From Hydrolagus colliei (lineage: Eukaryota): DNA of 64,000 nt. Location: the NCBI GenBank assembly GCA_035084275.1, contig CM068761.1, positions 2,232,001-2,296,000 of the forward strand, in the 5' to 3' direction. Under the pieces are notes generated by a model. That model was not told the origin of the DNA. It ran no database searches and worked only from the letters and a program-made list of their open reading frames with translations. Below are positions 51,281 to 63,776 of the stretch, in pieces. The position numbers and the translations under genes were made by a program. Position 1 is the stretch's first letter; each line of letters opens with the position of its first letter.

Positions 51281-51710
51281 GCAACAACAGCAACAACAAC
51301 TTGGATTTATATCGCGTCCTCACTCTCTCCATGCCAGACGGCGTCTCAGAGAGCTTCCCAATAACAGATCCCGGGACCGAGCTGGGGGAGGGGAGGGTGG
51401 GGGGGGAAAAGTGACCGAAAGCGTAGACGAAAAGAAAGGTCTTTAGCTGAGAAACTAGGAAGAGAGGGGGGCGAAGGTAATGAGGGAGGGAGTTTCGGAG
51501 CTTCGGGGGCGTAGTGGCTGAAGGCACGGCCGCCGATAGTGGAGCGGAGGATTCGGGGGGAGGAGAAGGAGGAGACCAGAACCGGAGGAGCGAAGGCAAC
51601 GGGTGCTGTGTTGGGGGAGAGAGGAGGTCAGAGAGGTGGGAAGGGGTGGGGGGTGGGTGGTGCAGAGGAGAGGAGAGATTTGAAAACAAAAGTGAGGACC
51701 TTGAAATGAG
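51281..51710 (-). mobile_element. L2 3' end fragment
   Basis: (CAA)n tail, CAGACGGCGTCTCAGAG, GATCCCGGGACCGAGC; colinear with the 9824-10385 copy. Confidence 0.9.
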
Positions 51711-54700
51711 ATAGTCTGATATTAACAGTGAGCATCTCTATATAGTCTAATTTACCAGTGAGCACTTCGATAAAACAGTAGTCTGATATTAACATTATAC
51801 GAGTCTGTGTCTCTGTGCGTCTGTCTCTCTCTCTCTCTCTCTCTCTCTGTGTGGGTGTTGTGTATGAATATCTATTGTCTGTCCCCACCTCCCCATCCCC
51901 ATCCTGTATACTGTATACTGTAAATAAGACACAGCCAAAGACTCGACAAGACAAAACAATACGAGTGTGAGGGACTTGCTCTATTGCCTTATCAACCTGG
52001 CTTGTTGATAAATGCACCCGATTAAAATATGGTGTAAAGTATAATTTACAGACAGTTGTATTGTGTGATAGATCTGGACTCAGTGAAGTCTGTTTATACG
52101 TGATGCAAGTATCACACAGGGCATGGCACATTTTTACAGGTATAATACGTACATTGTATAGGGTGTGAAATATGGTATGTCTGCCGAGTATTCCATTTAA
52201 TACCCAGGAAAAATAAATCCGAACAGCTGTCTTTTTGATTTAGAAGCGTTCCAACTGAACGAAGATGATTTGAATTTGATTATTTGGAGCAAATTTGGAT
52301 TCCGCCATTCCTAAACCCAGAATTCGTCTAATTCCAAATTCTGGAAATGGTTCTTTTTGGGTCTCAAATTGACCCAAGTTAGGATTTCTGGAAAAATAAA
52401 TCCCCGTATTTTCTCTGCAAAAGAGTGGGAATAATAATTCCCAAGTGTTATATTAAATCAACCACTTAATCATCATCGGTATAGTTCTGGATCTCAAAAA
52501 AACCTCTTTTATGAGTATTTTTTCGACTGCCCCGACGCCTTCAGTTTAATTTAGGTCCAAACCATTGTCATTAGAAAGAATCATATTTCATCGAGCAAAA
52601 AGCGTTACAAAAGCCAATCCTACCCATTGTTTCATCGAATGAGAGGCTTGCATTATAAATGATCTGTCATTTTATATTCCTTTTCTTTCCGTGTGCAGAA
52701 ATGGGAACTTGGCTATTTTCAAATCCTCGGTTGAGTTGGTTGCATCGAGATGTATTGTATCACGATGTGAGGTTTTTACTTTTATCGAATGAAACCGAGT
52801 TTTGTGAGGCATTGCGAGGCGAGATCAAACTATTGAATTTGAATTGAGACTTAATTCGTAGTCTGCGTCGACATTGGATCCTCACCTGAGGAAAAAGAAG
52901 CGTTGAAATCTTTGAACCAACGTTGTTCAAGCTAGTGAGAATTGGTTGTCAGAGAGTGTGTGTGTGTGTGTGTGAGACAGTGAGAGACAAGAGAGATTTG
53001 GGTGTTGAAGGAACATTGCCATTTGGTGAAGTGCCCTGCAAGATTTATCAGATCAGTATTGCTATCTGCGGAAACACGACTTTCGTGAGTGATGATAGAA
53101 AAAAAAAGGGGAAAATACTTTGAAAGGTGTAATTTCCAAAGCTAACCGAGTAGGAATCAGCGCGTGCAATTATTTGCGTCTTGCAATTTAAGTTGATGCA
53201 GAATTGGGGAGAATTCTAAAATTTTCGTCTTAAATGCATGTGGAAATCAGATTAATGAACTGGCAGGAAGAAACCTTGAACCCAGCACTTGTAAAAATTT
53301 ATCCTCACATAACGTGTCATTGTTACCCTCCCCGCTCTCTTAAGTTCCGTCAGCACCCCCAGCTCGTGTGCCCGGCCAGCTGTGTAAAGCGCTTTGAGAC
53401 GTCCTCGCAATGTGAAAGACCCTATACAAACGTAAATCGTATCGCAGTATTTATTTTTCTTTGACAATGCCAGTGAACTTCTTGAAATGATATTGAATAT
53501 GATGAGGGTGTGTTATTTCTGCAGTGTTTGTTCCAGGGCTGTTCAGTTTGCGTAACTGAAATCTTAGACACACACACACATATATATATATATATTTATA
53601 GTTTGGCAAGAAAGTACTTTGGATTGTTTGGAATTTTCACAGACTGCTGTTATTAAAGACCTTTTTTTTAATGCTTTGTCTCGAAGCCCATTAATCATTC
53701 AACTTAACTGAATGGGAACAGTGATTAGAAGACTTACTGCTCCTATATTATTTTAATAAATTACCCCCAAATGAACTTTTGCTGAGCTGATGTGTGTAAG
53801 ATTGGGCTGAAATGCAGCTGGTGGTGGGGGGGGGGGGGGGGGGGGGGGAAATCGGGAGGTGCTTTTTAGTTTGAACAGCAATTGACGTTTCACTTGCAGT
53901 TTTAAATCTGATCCTGACAAAGTGATGAAAGCCTCTTTTCTCTGATGAATTAGAACACATTGTGTGCAGAAAGCAAACCCAGAACAATAGTTTGGGATGT
54001 GCCGAGACTGAGCAGGTTCGGGGAACGGGCTCCTATATATAAAACAAAATTTAATCGCTCTGTCTCCTACAGCCTGGGAGGCATTTGGAACAGATAGTCA
54101 TGGCGAAACAGGCGGACTAAAAGTGTTTTGGAGTGTTTGTGCTGTTAAAACATTGTTTGTTTGTATTCCTATGCGTCTGAATCCGATCAAAAGAAACCCC
54201 AAGGACCTACAAAATACAAACGCTCGCAATCACAGATTATTCTGCGTAGGATATCATGGCCCAACAATGCTGCGGATAAATTGGCAATCACATTCTCAGC
54301 TATCTGTGGGATGTCGCTAAGCACAAATTGGCCATTGCGTTTTGCTTCCAAAGACGACAGTTTCTACACTGATCAGTAATTATTGGCAAAGTACGTTGAG
54401 GCGTGTTTGACGTTCTCAGACTTATTATTTATTACACTCTCCTGTGCCGGTATCCTGGCTCGGATCCGACAAACGTGTAGTCGCCGTAGATAGCATCGTA
54501 TCGCAACCGGGAAACGCGTGGCTTTCGGCAGCTCGACTCCCGGTTGCGTTGAACGGGTAGCTCTCGTCTCTCTTGTGTCGAGGAATGGGTTTGCGTGTGT
54601 GTGCGCGATCCTGCGGTCGGCGTGCGCTCCGTTCCGTGCCGGTTGGTTTCCGTCAAGCGTCCCCATCGCGACAACTTTCAGCAGTCGTTCAGCATACGTA

Positions 54701-55082
54701 GCCATCTACAGGTCGACAAAAGACTCTTCCCTTCTAATTACCGACCAACCCGGCTGTCATTATTTATCAGATTGCTAGAAGCTATGGTAATTGCTTTAAA
54801 CCAGCTTTTTGCCCTGTGTGTTCCTTTTTTTTTAAGCGTACCTTTTATGGATCAAGCCCTGATGCCCCAATGTAATTACTCGCGGCTGAAAGCCTCCCTA
54901 TGTAAGGGGTTATGAATTGCCGAGCGGTTGCGGATCGCCCTGTCAAGTTGATCCCATATCTCTGCGCAATATCAGCCAATTCACAGAATAATGGGAAGTT
55001 GCATTTGTATGTATATTCTTCCTGCTGTTCTGCAGTAATCCTATGTAAAACCCGAGCTAGGATTTTAGTATCTGTCTTGTCC

Positions 55083-55170
<88 letters not shown>
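55083..55170. repeat. (TCTG)n tetranucleotide microsatellite (~22 units)
   Basis: Read directly from the sequence. Confidence 0.97.
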
Positions 55171-57367
55171 ATATTTGTTATATTACCATTTAGATATTTT
55201 TATATTTATAATATATAATATGTGAAGAGGAGGGAGCCCCCCCACCCCCCTGCTTGGCTCGCTGGATACACTCTCTACCTCACCACCCAGTACTAGAACT
55301 CGTACGTAGCACCTTTCAGGTCAGGAAGGCGTCCGAAGGCGCTGATCTCTGCCTCTCATTGACTGCCCACAACCAGCAAGTGAAGCAAAAACTCAAGCGC
55401 GCAGTGTCTCTGGGTTTGTACCATCCTAAAATTGACTTGCGCTTGCTTGCAAGGGTTGAATGCTGTTGAAATCAGAGCTGTGAGCGTTTGATTTAAGTGT
55501 GATCATTCATCATAAGCAGGAACTGGAGCCCCCCAATCAGTGATTGGACCAGAATTGCCTTCATCCTGCAAATTAGAGGAGGGGTGGGGGAGGGGAAAAA
55601 TCCACGGTTAGAATTGTCGATTCTTATTGAAATTCCTCTTGCGCTTCATTTTTCTGCAGCCTGATTGGAGTTATTGACTGAAAATCTTATCTCCACTTAA
55701 ATAAAAGCATAGTTTCTAAATCGAATTAGGGATGTGGTACTCTGTTTCTGGCGGTCTTTGATTTCTTTAAGAGGAAAGATCTTTTTTTTGTCGGAAGTGG
55801 TGGGGGGGGGGGGGAAAAAAAGGCTTGTTTTAATGGACGTATGTGGAATACAGACATTCATTGTTAATGCAGACAGCATAAATATTTTACATGCTTGCTT
55901 CAAATGAACAGATCGCTTTATACGTTTTTGTCCCATTACATCGTCTGGGCAAACCGTTTATTAAACGCGCCTGCTCCCTGCCGCACAGCATACAATTAGA
56001 ACAGCGAGATTAACACTTGTAACTGACTGACTGGCAGAAAACTGTCAGGCCAGCATTGACTGAACAAAACCCACGATTCAGAACTGGACTGGTCGACATA
56101 ATGAGGGAGGCTAGCCGTTGAGTTGCCGGTAACACACAGCAGATCAGTCGGCATCTGAAAGAACACTTGTTGTTGACTTGTGACCTATTGTTAGAATGAC
56201 TCTTCCGCGGACCTGTTATTCACACACTGGCTCTCCCTCTGGATACAAAAGCCTTCGAAGCATCTTTTCAGCGGTAATTTCCACGGATGGTTTCAGCGTG
56301 TTTGCGGGGAAACAGCACATCAGCGCGAATTATGCCACTCTTCAGAAGTGTGTGTGGTTTCATACTCTAGAGAGATGTGACTAGGAACTGACATTATAGC
56401 AACAGGATTTTTTAAGTCCTATTTTCAAAGCAGTTACTTTGTACTGTAACTGCTTCGACACTGTATTCCAGTGAAGAAAAATTCCTCCTCAGTCTAGATT
56501 TAATATTATTATTTGATGCTGTTAATGCACCATATTGGACTGTCTAACGTACCATAATTAGACCGACGTCCTCCCGACGTGAAAGGCTACATCTATAAAT
56601 GTTGCTTTGTTGTTGCCGGTGTCTGGAATTCGATAAATTGACGAATTCCATTTTGAACCTCGCAGCCAGTTTTCTGCAGCCTCAGAGAAGAACTTGCCAA
56701 AAACAAACCTGAAGCTGAATTGAAAGAATCTACCAAACTCGGGAGGCTCTAAAATACGAAATAAACAGCGTGAATCCAGAACCGGCGCGGGCAATCGTAG
56801 TGAAACAACAACAAAAATGGTTTGGTAGTTGCGTTCAGCAGCTTGACAGTCTATGCACTGTGAACTCTATGGGAATATCGTTTCGTCTGGTTGCAAACAC
56901 TGAGAAAGCATCTCTGCTGAGAGGTTTGGTTTATCATCAGGAAGATGGCATGGGGGTAATTGCACCTAGAGAGGTCTGCATCTCAGCGCTCAGTGGCACA
57001 TCTCATCGTTACCTTCGCCATCCAATCAACAACTAACTCAGTTGTGTATTTGTCATCAAGTATTTTTTTTGGATTCCACAAACGTTTTGAAACTGTTGTG
57101 TTTTTCGAACAGATTTGAGCAGCTGGACAGTTTGTTTGGGTTATTTCACACATGGTAGTTAATGTATATTAACTTTTTACTGATGTCTTGCCCAAAAATA
57201 TAACCTTCCCCTGTAAATGAATTGTTGCTGGGATTGTTTGAGTGCAAACATGGCTACATACACACACACACACACACATACACATCTACACATTAACTGG
57301 CATCCACTACGGTTCTTCCATCAGTGAGAGGGATAAGACTTTATTGAATTCTCATACAAATCACGAC

Positions 57368-57445
57368 GTGTGCATGAGAGGGCAGACTAGGAGAGACTGT
57401 GGGGTGAGAAAGGTAGTTTCTCCTAGTCTGCCCTCTCATGCACAC
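57368..57445. other. Near-perfect inverted repeat (27-bp perfect stem, 78-nt hairpin)
   Basis: GTGTGCATGAGAGGGCAGACTAGGAGA (57368-57394) is the exact reverse complement of 57419-57445. Confidence 0.95.
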
Positions 57446-58802
57446 AAAGGACACTCCTGTGTTGCCCCATTTATTGACTTCATCGTTAGCTCCAAGTTCT
57501 TTGGAGACGGGATCTAGGACAAAATCAAAACCATTCAACAGCCTGTGTATGACCGAGCTACAAAATGCTCCATTCAATTGATTAACAAGGCCATCAGAAC
57601 CCTCCGATCTATTTGCTAGAAGCAGAATTTCATGAGTTGTGAAATTTTCCCATGCTATTCGGTCACTGGGGTTTGTTTTGTGGTGGAGAGTTGGCTTCCA
57701 AAATTCACCTCGCTGGCGAGGCTTAAGCTACCGTACTCCCTAGAACGAAGTTTCGCTTAGCGATCGATTTATCATCAACGGGAGATAAAAACTGATAAAT
57801 TGCTAGAGTCATCAGCGGTTGGGGGAGAAGGTGGGGGAGGGGGTGAGGTGGGTGGGGGTGGGGTGGGTGGGGGGGGAGGTGTGGAGGGTGCTTGAGCTCA
57901 CAGATTGAAAAAGTCACCCTCTTCAAGGTTGAATTCTGATAGATCCTTGCACCAGCAGCTGGTGGATAGCTGCAAATCTACCCCATACTGCTTAATGAAA
58001 CGTCTGGTCCAGACTGTTTGGATGGGGGTGTTAAGAGTCCAGTCATGCTTTTTTTTTCACACACCGCCCCCCCCCCCCCCACAATGAGATAATGGACCCT
58101 AAAAGAAATGGTACAAATTTCCACCTCTAGACCTTTCCCGCAGAGTAAGCCTCGGTGTTTTCTGTACCACTGTGGACATTAAAGTCACATGTGGTTAGTA
58201 ACGGCCTTTCAGTTCGGCTCGATGTCAGATGTAGTGTTACTTAATATGCAGGCAATGTTTCCCAAGAAGCTGTCTAAAGCAGCACTCCCCAACTTCCATC
58301 CATCCCCAAAAAATTCACAGAGAAAGAGAGCGAGAGAGTGAGAGAGAGAGAGAGAGAGAGAGACAGAAGGAATTGTATGATCAAGTTTGGAGATCCAGAT
58401 AGCAGACCGTTCGAATGTGCTTTCACACCTTCAGGACTTTCACCTGTAAAATAGGAGGTTAAATGTTTGACAGACTGACCTGGAGGTGACGAAAGGAGGT
58501 GTGAGGATGTGCCCTTATCGAGGGAAAATCCCATGTTAAAAAGCACACATTATGAAAATGCGTCTGCATCTCCACATCTTACCGATGAGCTAGACAGGCC
58601 ATTCAACCATCAACATTCCTCTGGGACACATTGTATTGAAGGTTGAAGGGCTATGTGAACTCACTTCGATTCAGAACTGCCCAACCCAAGTCAGGGTTTA
58701 GTGACTGGGGATGTGGGAGGGGTATTTGTGGAGCTGCCCTTGTTATACCATGGGTGATCACCGAACATACATTTGACTTAATACCAATGTAGTGTGTTAC
58801 AA

Positions 58803-59149
58803 TAAATAATCATTATAATCCTTGCATTCGATATAGCGCTTTTTACATCTTATCGACGTCTCATAGCGCTTCACAGAATATACTGTGAAGTGAGTTGACT
58901 GTATATTTGTGGGCGAAACGCGGCAGCCAATTGCGCACAGCAGCGTTCCCCACAAACAGTCGTGGATTGAAAATGATGAATTTTATTATTGTGCGTTTTT
59001 TTTGGTGGAGATTATTATTATTATTATTATTGTTGTGTGTGTGGAGTAAGGAAACTTGCCCAAGGTTTTGCTCTGACCTGCCTGGATTCGAACACAGGTC
59101 TCACGCTTGTAAGGCGAGCGCTCTAACCACTGAGCTACAGGAGCTCCAC
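58803..59149 (-). mobile_element. tRNA-derived SINE, full length, young
   Basis: Near-consensus match ending CCACTGAGCTACAGGAGCTCCAC. Confidence 0.95.
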
Positions 59150-60120
59150 ATTGCTTATCAGAAGCCATATTGCGGCCAGTTGTGGAGCCATTCTGACCTC
59201 TGCTATACGTTGTAACTCTGCCGTAACTTAATTTGTTTGAAGTGCAGCCAAAAGAGAAGATCATATCAGCTGATCCAATGTGTAGTCTCACGTACGACCT
59301 TGAAGTTGAGGTTTAGCCTTGTGATGTGCCTTAATTTGAAAGACTCCAAAATTCAAATCCCGAAATATTTCACTTATGCATGATCTATTATCTATCCAAA
59401 GCTGATGACTCTAATGCTCATCCTTATCCCAGCTTGAGAAAGCGAGCGAGCAGAACTACAGTTCCCTTCTAACACGTGTTCAGGCGATTTAAAAACATGA
59501 GCCGCTTATCAAGGGGATTTTTGTTCACCGAGTCAAGGATTCAAGATTTTAATACACTGGGAAATTAGCTCTGTAGTTATTCTCACTTCACAAGAAGCAG
59601 TTATTCGCATCCTCGAAAGCTCCGTGTCCTTGGGAAACACCTCCGATAAATAACGGGCTGTAGCATTTCTTGTACGGAACAACAAAGGATTCGAGATCCT
59701 TCCTGCGCAGAATGTGATGAGAGAGTCCATTTCGCACTGAATCCTCTGCCCGGGGTTAATACCCCGAATCCAGTGGGAGCCGGCAGTTCTGGTGAGAATA
59801 ACTGGCTCCTGGGACACCGAGAGGCTCACAGAGATTCTTCAGGATTATGAAGGCTGAAGCAGGTAGCAATTAGTTGTGACAGGTGGTGATTCACAATCCT
59901 GCTGTGACAATTAAAGTGCCTCAGAAAGGTTTAATGCTGCACGGGAATCATTCCTTCTCTTGTGTTATGACACAAGGCTAGGTATTTCTGAAGTGTAAAT
60001 CCGACGAAAAAGTTACCACCAAACCTGCACCGTAGATCAACTCGGTTTATTTTGTTGTTTGTCAGTGTAGATAGACGGTCTGTGTTTCAGAGGTTATATC
60101 ATCTGGGGCTTGTGGTAGCG

Positions 60121-60240
60121 TGTCTTCTCTTCGACCGCACCTTTGGTCACCTCTCTACCCCTGCCCGTGGCTCGGTCCCCGGGATCCGCTATTGTGAAGG
60201 GCGTGGAGGACTCTATATAAATTGAAGTTGATGTGTTGTT
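60121..60240 (+). mobile_element. L2 3' tail fragment
   Basis: TTCGACCGCACCTTTGGTCACC...CCCGGGATCCGCTATTGTGAAG...TATATAAATTGAAGTTG. Confidence 0.8.
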
Positions 60241-60384
60241 ATCCAGACTGGAGGACAGCTGGCCTGCACCCAGTATTCAACTGATATCATTGCCAAAGCC
60301 AGCACTGGGAAGCCTAGGATGGATCTTCTTGCGATAATCTCCTGAGATCAGGAACAAACCTCATCTAGATCCGTCTGCTTAAAC

Positions 60385-60720
60385 TGTAAGATCAGTGGTT
60401 AGAGCGCTCGCCTTACTCTTTAAGCGTGAGATCTATGTTTCGAATCCAGGTAGGTCAGGGCGAAACCTTAGGCAAGTTTCCTTACTCCACACACACACCC
60501 CCCCCACCCCCAATAATAATCCATCCCCCTAAAAAACCCTGTAACAAATTGGTCATTTTCAATCCACGACTGTTTGTGGGGGATGCTGCTGTGTGCGCGA
60601 TTGGCTGCCGCGTTTCGCCCACAAATATACAGTCAATTCACTTTACAGTATATTCTGTGAAGCGCTGTGAGATGTCTAGAAGATGTGAAAAGCGCTATAT
60701 CAAATGCAAGTATTATTATT
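60385..60720 (+). mobile_element. tRNA-derived SINE, near full length
   Basis: TCAGTGGTTAGAGCGCTCGCCTTAC...TTCGAATCCAGG...tail. Confidence 0.93.
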
Positions 60721-61080
60721 AAACATCATTATAGCTGCAGTAAAAATCGGAGTGATTTGTATTCAGTTGTAGAAAAAAACTACGGAAACTTACAAGTAAA
60801 TGTTTACCCTTGGCTGCGCAGTGCCCCGAGATGCCCTTCTGAGGCGAAAGGCGCTATATAAATATAATTTGTTGTTGCGGGGTACTTTATGCTCCTCCGT
60901 TGTGGCCAGGTCATGTCTGTGAGTACATCAATTACATTCGGCAATGGAATTTTGTCTCCCAAAGTGGCATGGGAAGATTTCGCCATTGGTTATTTCGAAT
61001 GCACGGCATGGCATGTGTGTGCTTCGAAACAGAGGTGGTGAGGGTGGCGGGACGGTAATTTTGTTCTTGGTATGCCTCTT

Positions 61081-61425
61081 AATAATAAATAATAATACAA
61101 TCATAATCTTTGCATTTGGTATAGTGCTTTTCATGTCTTCTAGATGTCTCAAAGCGCTTCACGGAATATGTTGTAAAGTTAATTGACTGTATATTTGTGA
61201 GCGAAACGTGGCAGCCAATCGCACACACAGCAGCGTCCCCCACAAACAGTCGTAGATTGAAATGACTAATTTTATTATTGTGGGTTTTATTTTTTGGACG
61301 GATTATTATTAGGCGCGTGTGTGGAGTAAGGAAACTTGCCCAAGGTTTCGCCCTGACCTGCCTGGATTCGAAACACAGGTCTCACGCTTGTAAGGCGAGT
61401 GCTCTAACCACTGAGCTACAAGACC
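61081..61425 (-). mobile_element. tRNA-derived SINE, full length
   Basis: Tail-to-head match ending CTAACCACTGAGCTACA. Confidence 0.93.
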
Positions 61426-62064
61426 TCTCTAACACAGAAAGAGGAGGGACTGAGTTTCTCTGAGGGGTTTGGGCAGACATAACCTCGTAAGTTGAGGGTG
61501 TTTCTACTTTGCCCTCAGTAAATTTGAGAACATTAACGCTGTCGATGTGATTAGACGCAGTTTGAACAAGTGAACAAGGTTGGAATGGATCCTTTTCAAA
61601 GGCTGGCTCATTTATGCTCGCAGCTACACTGATTATCACGCACTGTGTAATGTTGTACCTATCAGAGCTGTGCATATTGGCTTCTTATATCAGCGAGAAC
61701 ATGTTGAATATTGCTTTTCCTAATTATATATATTATAATTAACCTCCTTATGTTGTAACAACATGGTTTAGCTTGGGCACAAAGCCAGGGGCTGCGACTG
61801 TAAAATAAAGGAGCAAAATGAGCGTGCTGTTAATTCAAAACGATTCTTTTTGACGGACGAATATTTTTGATATTTGCTGAAACAAAACATGAATTAAATG
61901 CTGCCAGCGCTGGCCTTCAGCTGTTGGGAGTCAAGTTGGATTTTGTGTGATCATGTGCTGACTTCTGGCAGAACAATGCAGAGAGACAGAGAGAGAGAGA
62001 GAACAAGAGTAGAGATCAATGGCACAAGCTTCACTGAGAAAACAAGTGGCTCAGTCGGTATTTT

Positions 62065-62310
62065 GTGCCTGTTCAGGTGGACCTTAAAAGATCCCGTGGG
62101 ACTATTCAAAATGTTGGAGGAAATTTCATCGTTAACAGTCCCTCAATTTACATTTTAAAAAAACTGGTGATTTAGCTGTTTGTGAGACATTTCAATGTAT
62201 AACCAAGTGGCTGCATCAGTTGGCCACGAGTACAGTCACTACACTTCGCAATAAACCCTGTGAAGCACTTTGAGAATTTTGATGCCGTGACGAGATGCGA
62301 GAATTATTAA
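62065..62310 (+). mobile_element. Deu-domain SINE (SacSINE1/AmnSINE1-like) 3' portion
   Basis: CAGGTGGACCTTAAAAGATCCCGTGGGACTATTC Deu core, followed by GCTGTTTGTGAGAC...TGTGAAGCACTTTGAGA tail. Confidence 0.75.
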
Positions 62311-62431
62311 GATTGTAAAATGCGAGGTGGTGGACCCCACTTCAGGCCCTTCCATCTCTTGGAGGCAATCTCTTTGCGATCTCCAAAGGAACTGAATAAA
62401 AAGGCTTCACATCACTTCTGTTGTGGTCCTC

Positions 62432-62535
62432 GTGGAGCTCCTGTAGCTCAGAGCACTCGCCTTACAAGTATGAGACCTGTGTTCGAATCCGGGCAGATCA
62501 GGGTGAAACCTTGGGCAAGTTTCCTTACTCCACAC
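62432..62535 (+). mobile_element. SINE tRNA head only (3'-truncated)
   Basis: GTGGAGCTCCTGTAGCTCAG...GTTCGAATCC...TTCCTTACTCCACAC, then unrelated sequence. Confidence 0.88.
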
Positions 62536-63518
62536 GGCTCATATTAATCTGTTCTTAGCAATTCAGGCTAAAATTGCGATACTTTTCTGGTTCTATTTTA
62601 GAATTTCAGTGTTCATTTTTTTTACACAGAGTTAACATGTCCACTTCAGTTCTAGATAGTAAAAGGTCTTGTAATGCTTAATCTCGTTTCAATCGATTCA
62701 AGTGATCATGACTCCCCTACTAATGCTTTTTTTGCCTTAACTTGGAGGTGAGTTTCCCCAACGTTAAGCATGGGTGGGAGAGATTTTTTTCATATACGCG
62801 CACTCTCTTGCTAATTGTGTGCCTCGTGATCAGCGTGGCTCTTTGTAATTCCCAATTTATAGGGTGTGGGACTTCTGTTCTTCACACTGGTAACGGATCA
62901 GAACAGCAGGAGAATTTCAAACAGTCTGTCAGTGTCTGCTGATCATACTGCTTTGTTCTATCCAGCTGGAACCGTCACGATTCGCAGGGAGGGACACGCG
63001 ATGTGTGGCGCCCTTTTTCCGGTCGGTGTTGGAGAGTGTTAAAACTTCTCTTATAGTGGGTTCGGTGGGATGGAACCCGTGTGACACGGCTCGCGTCTCG
63101 ATGACAGGAAATTCTAGGAAGTCCCTGAAGGTGTGGTTTTGCGATTGCTCGTATTGAATGAAATCCGCTCCTTTTTTTTCTTTTTGTCTCTCCTGCTACC
63201 CACCGCCCCCCCCCCCCCCCACACACCCACACCCCCCCACACCCCCGCTCCCCCACGTCTCCCGTCTCCCTGCCCGCTACGCTGCTAAAATGAACAGCCT
63301 GAGACTGCTACAGGGTCATCGCAAGTTGAGTTGTGGTGTTGGCAGAAGAACAGCTCTTTATTTTTTGTCTGCGGACGCACACATTTTTCCTAATGTCACT
63401 ACCAAGCAATTCCCTCGAAAGAAAGAGTTATCTCTGTCTTGACAGTTAGTAGCCACCGTTCACCGATGAAAAATAATATCCACAGTGTACACAAAACCCT
63501 GTGTACACGAAACCTGTG

Positions 63519-63776
63519 TGGGTATCCCCCGATTTACGTTCCTGAAAAATGTCACGCAGAATCGAAATGTCATAAATCGAAACGCGGTTCCCCATTCGGT
63601 CCCACGTAATACACTATGTGTACTGCGCATGCGCAAAAAAGAGGCGCCAAATTTTTGGGTCATTTTGGGTCATATATGAGCAAATGTCATATATCGATTT
63701 TAAAAAGGTGTTAACAAATTATATTTGTTAAATCAAAACCGTGTAAATAGAAACGTCGTAAATCGGGAGATACCTG
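63519..63776. mobile_element. Tigger/pogo-like MITE (~258 bp)
   Basis: TIRs GGTATCCCCCGATTTACG (63521-63538) and CGTAAATCGGGAGATACC (63757-63774) match 17/18. The right end is CTG|TA. Confidence 0.85.

Noticed and set aside
52699-52729. Possible micro-exon after a polypyrimidine tract and CAG
   Set aside because: The donor GTTGAG is weak and the peptide is not recognised.
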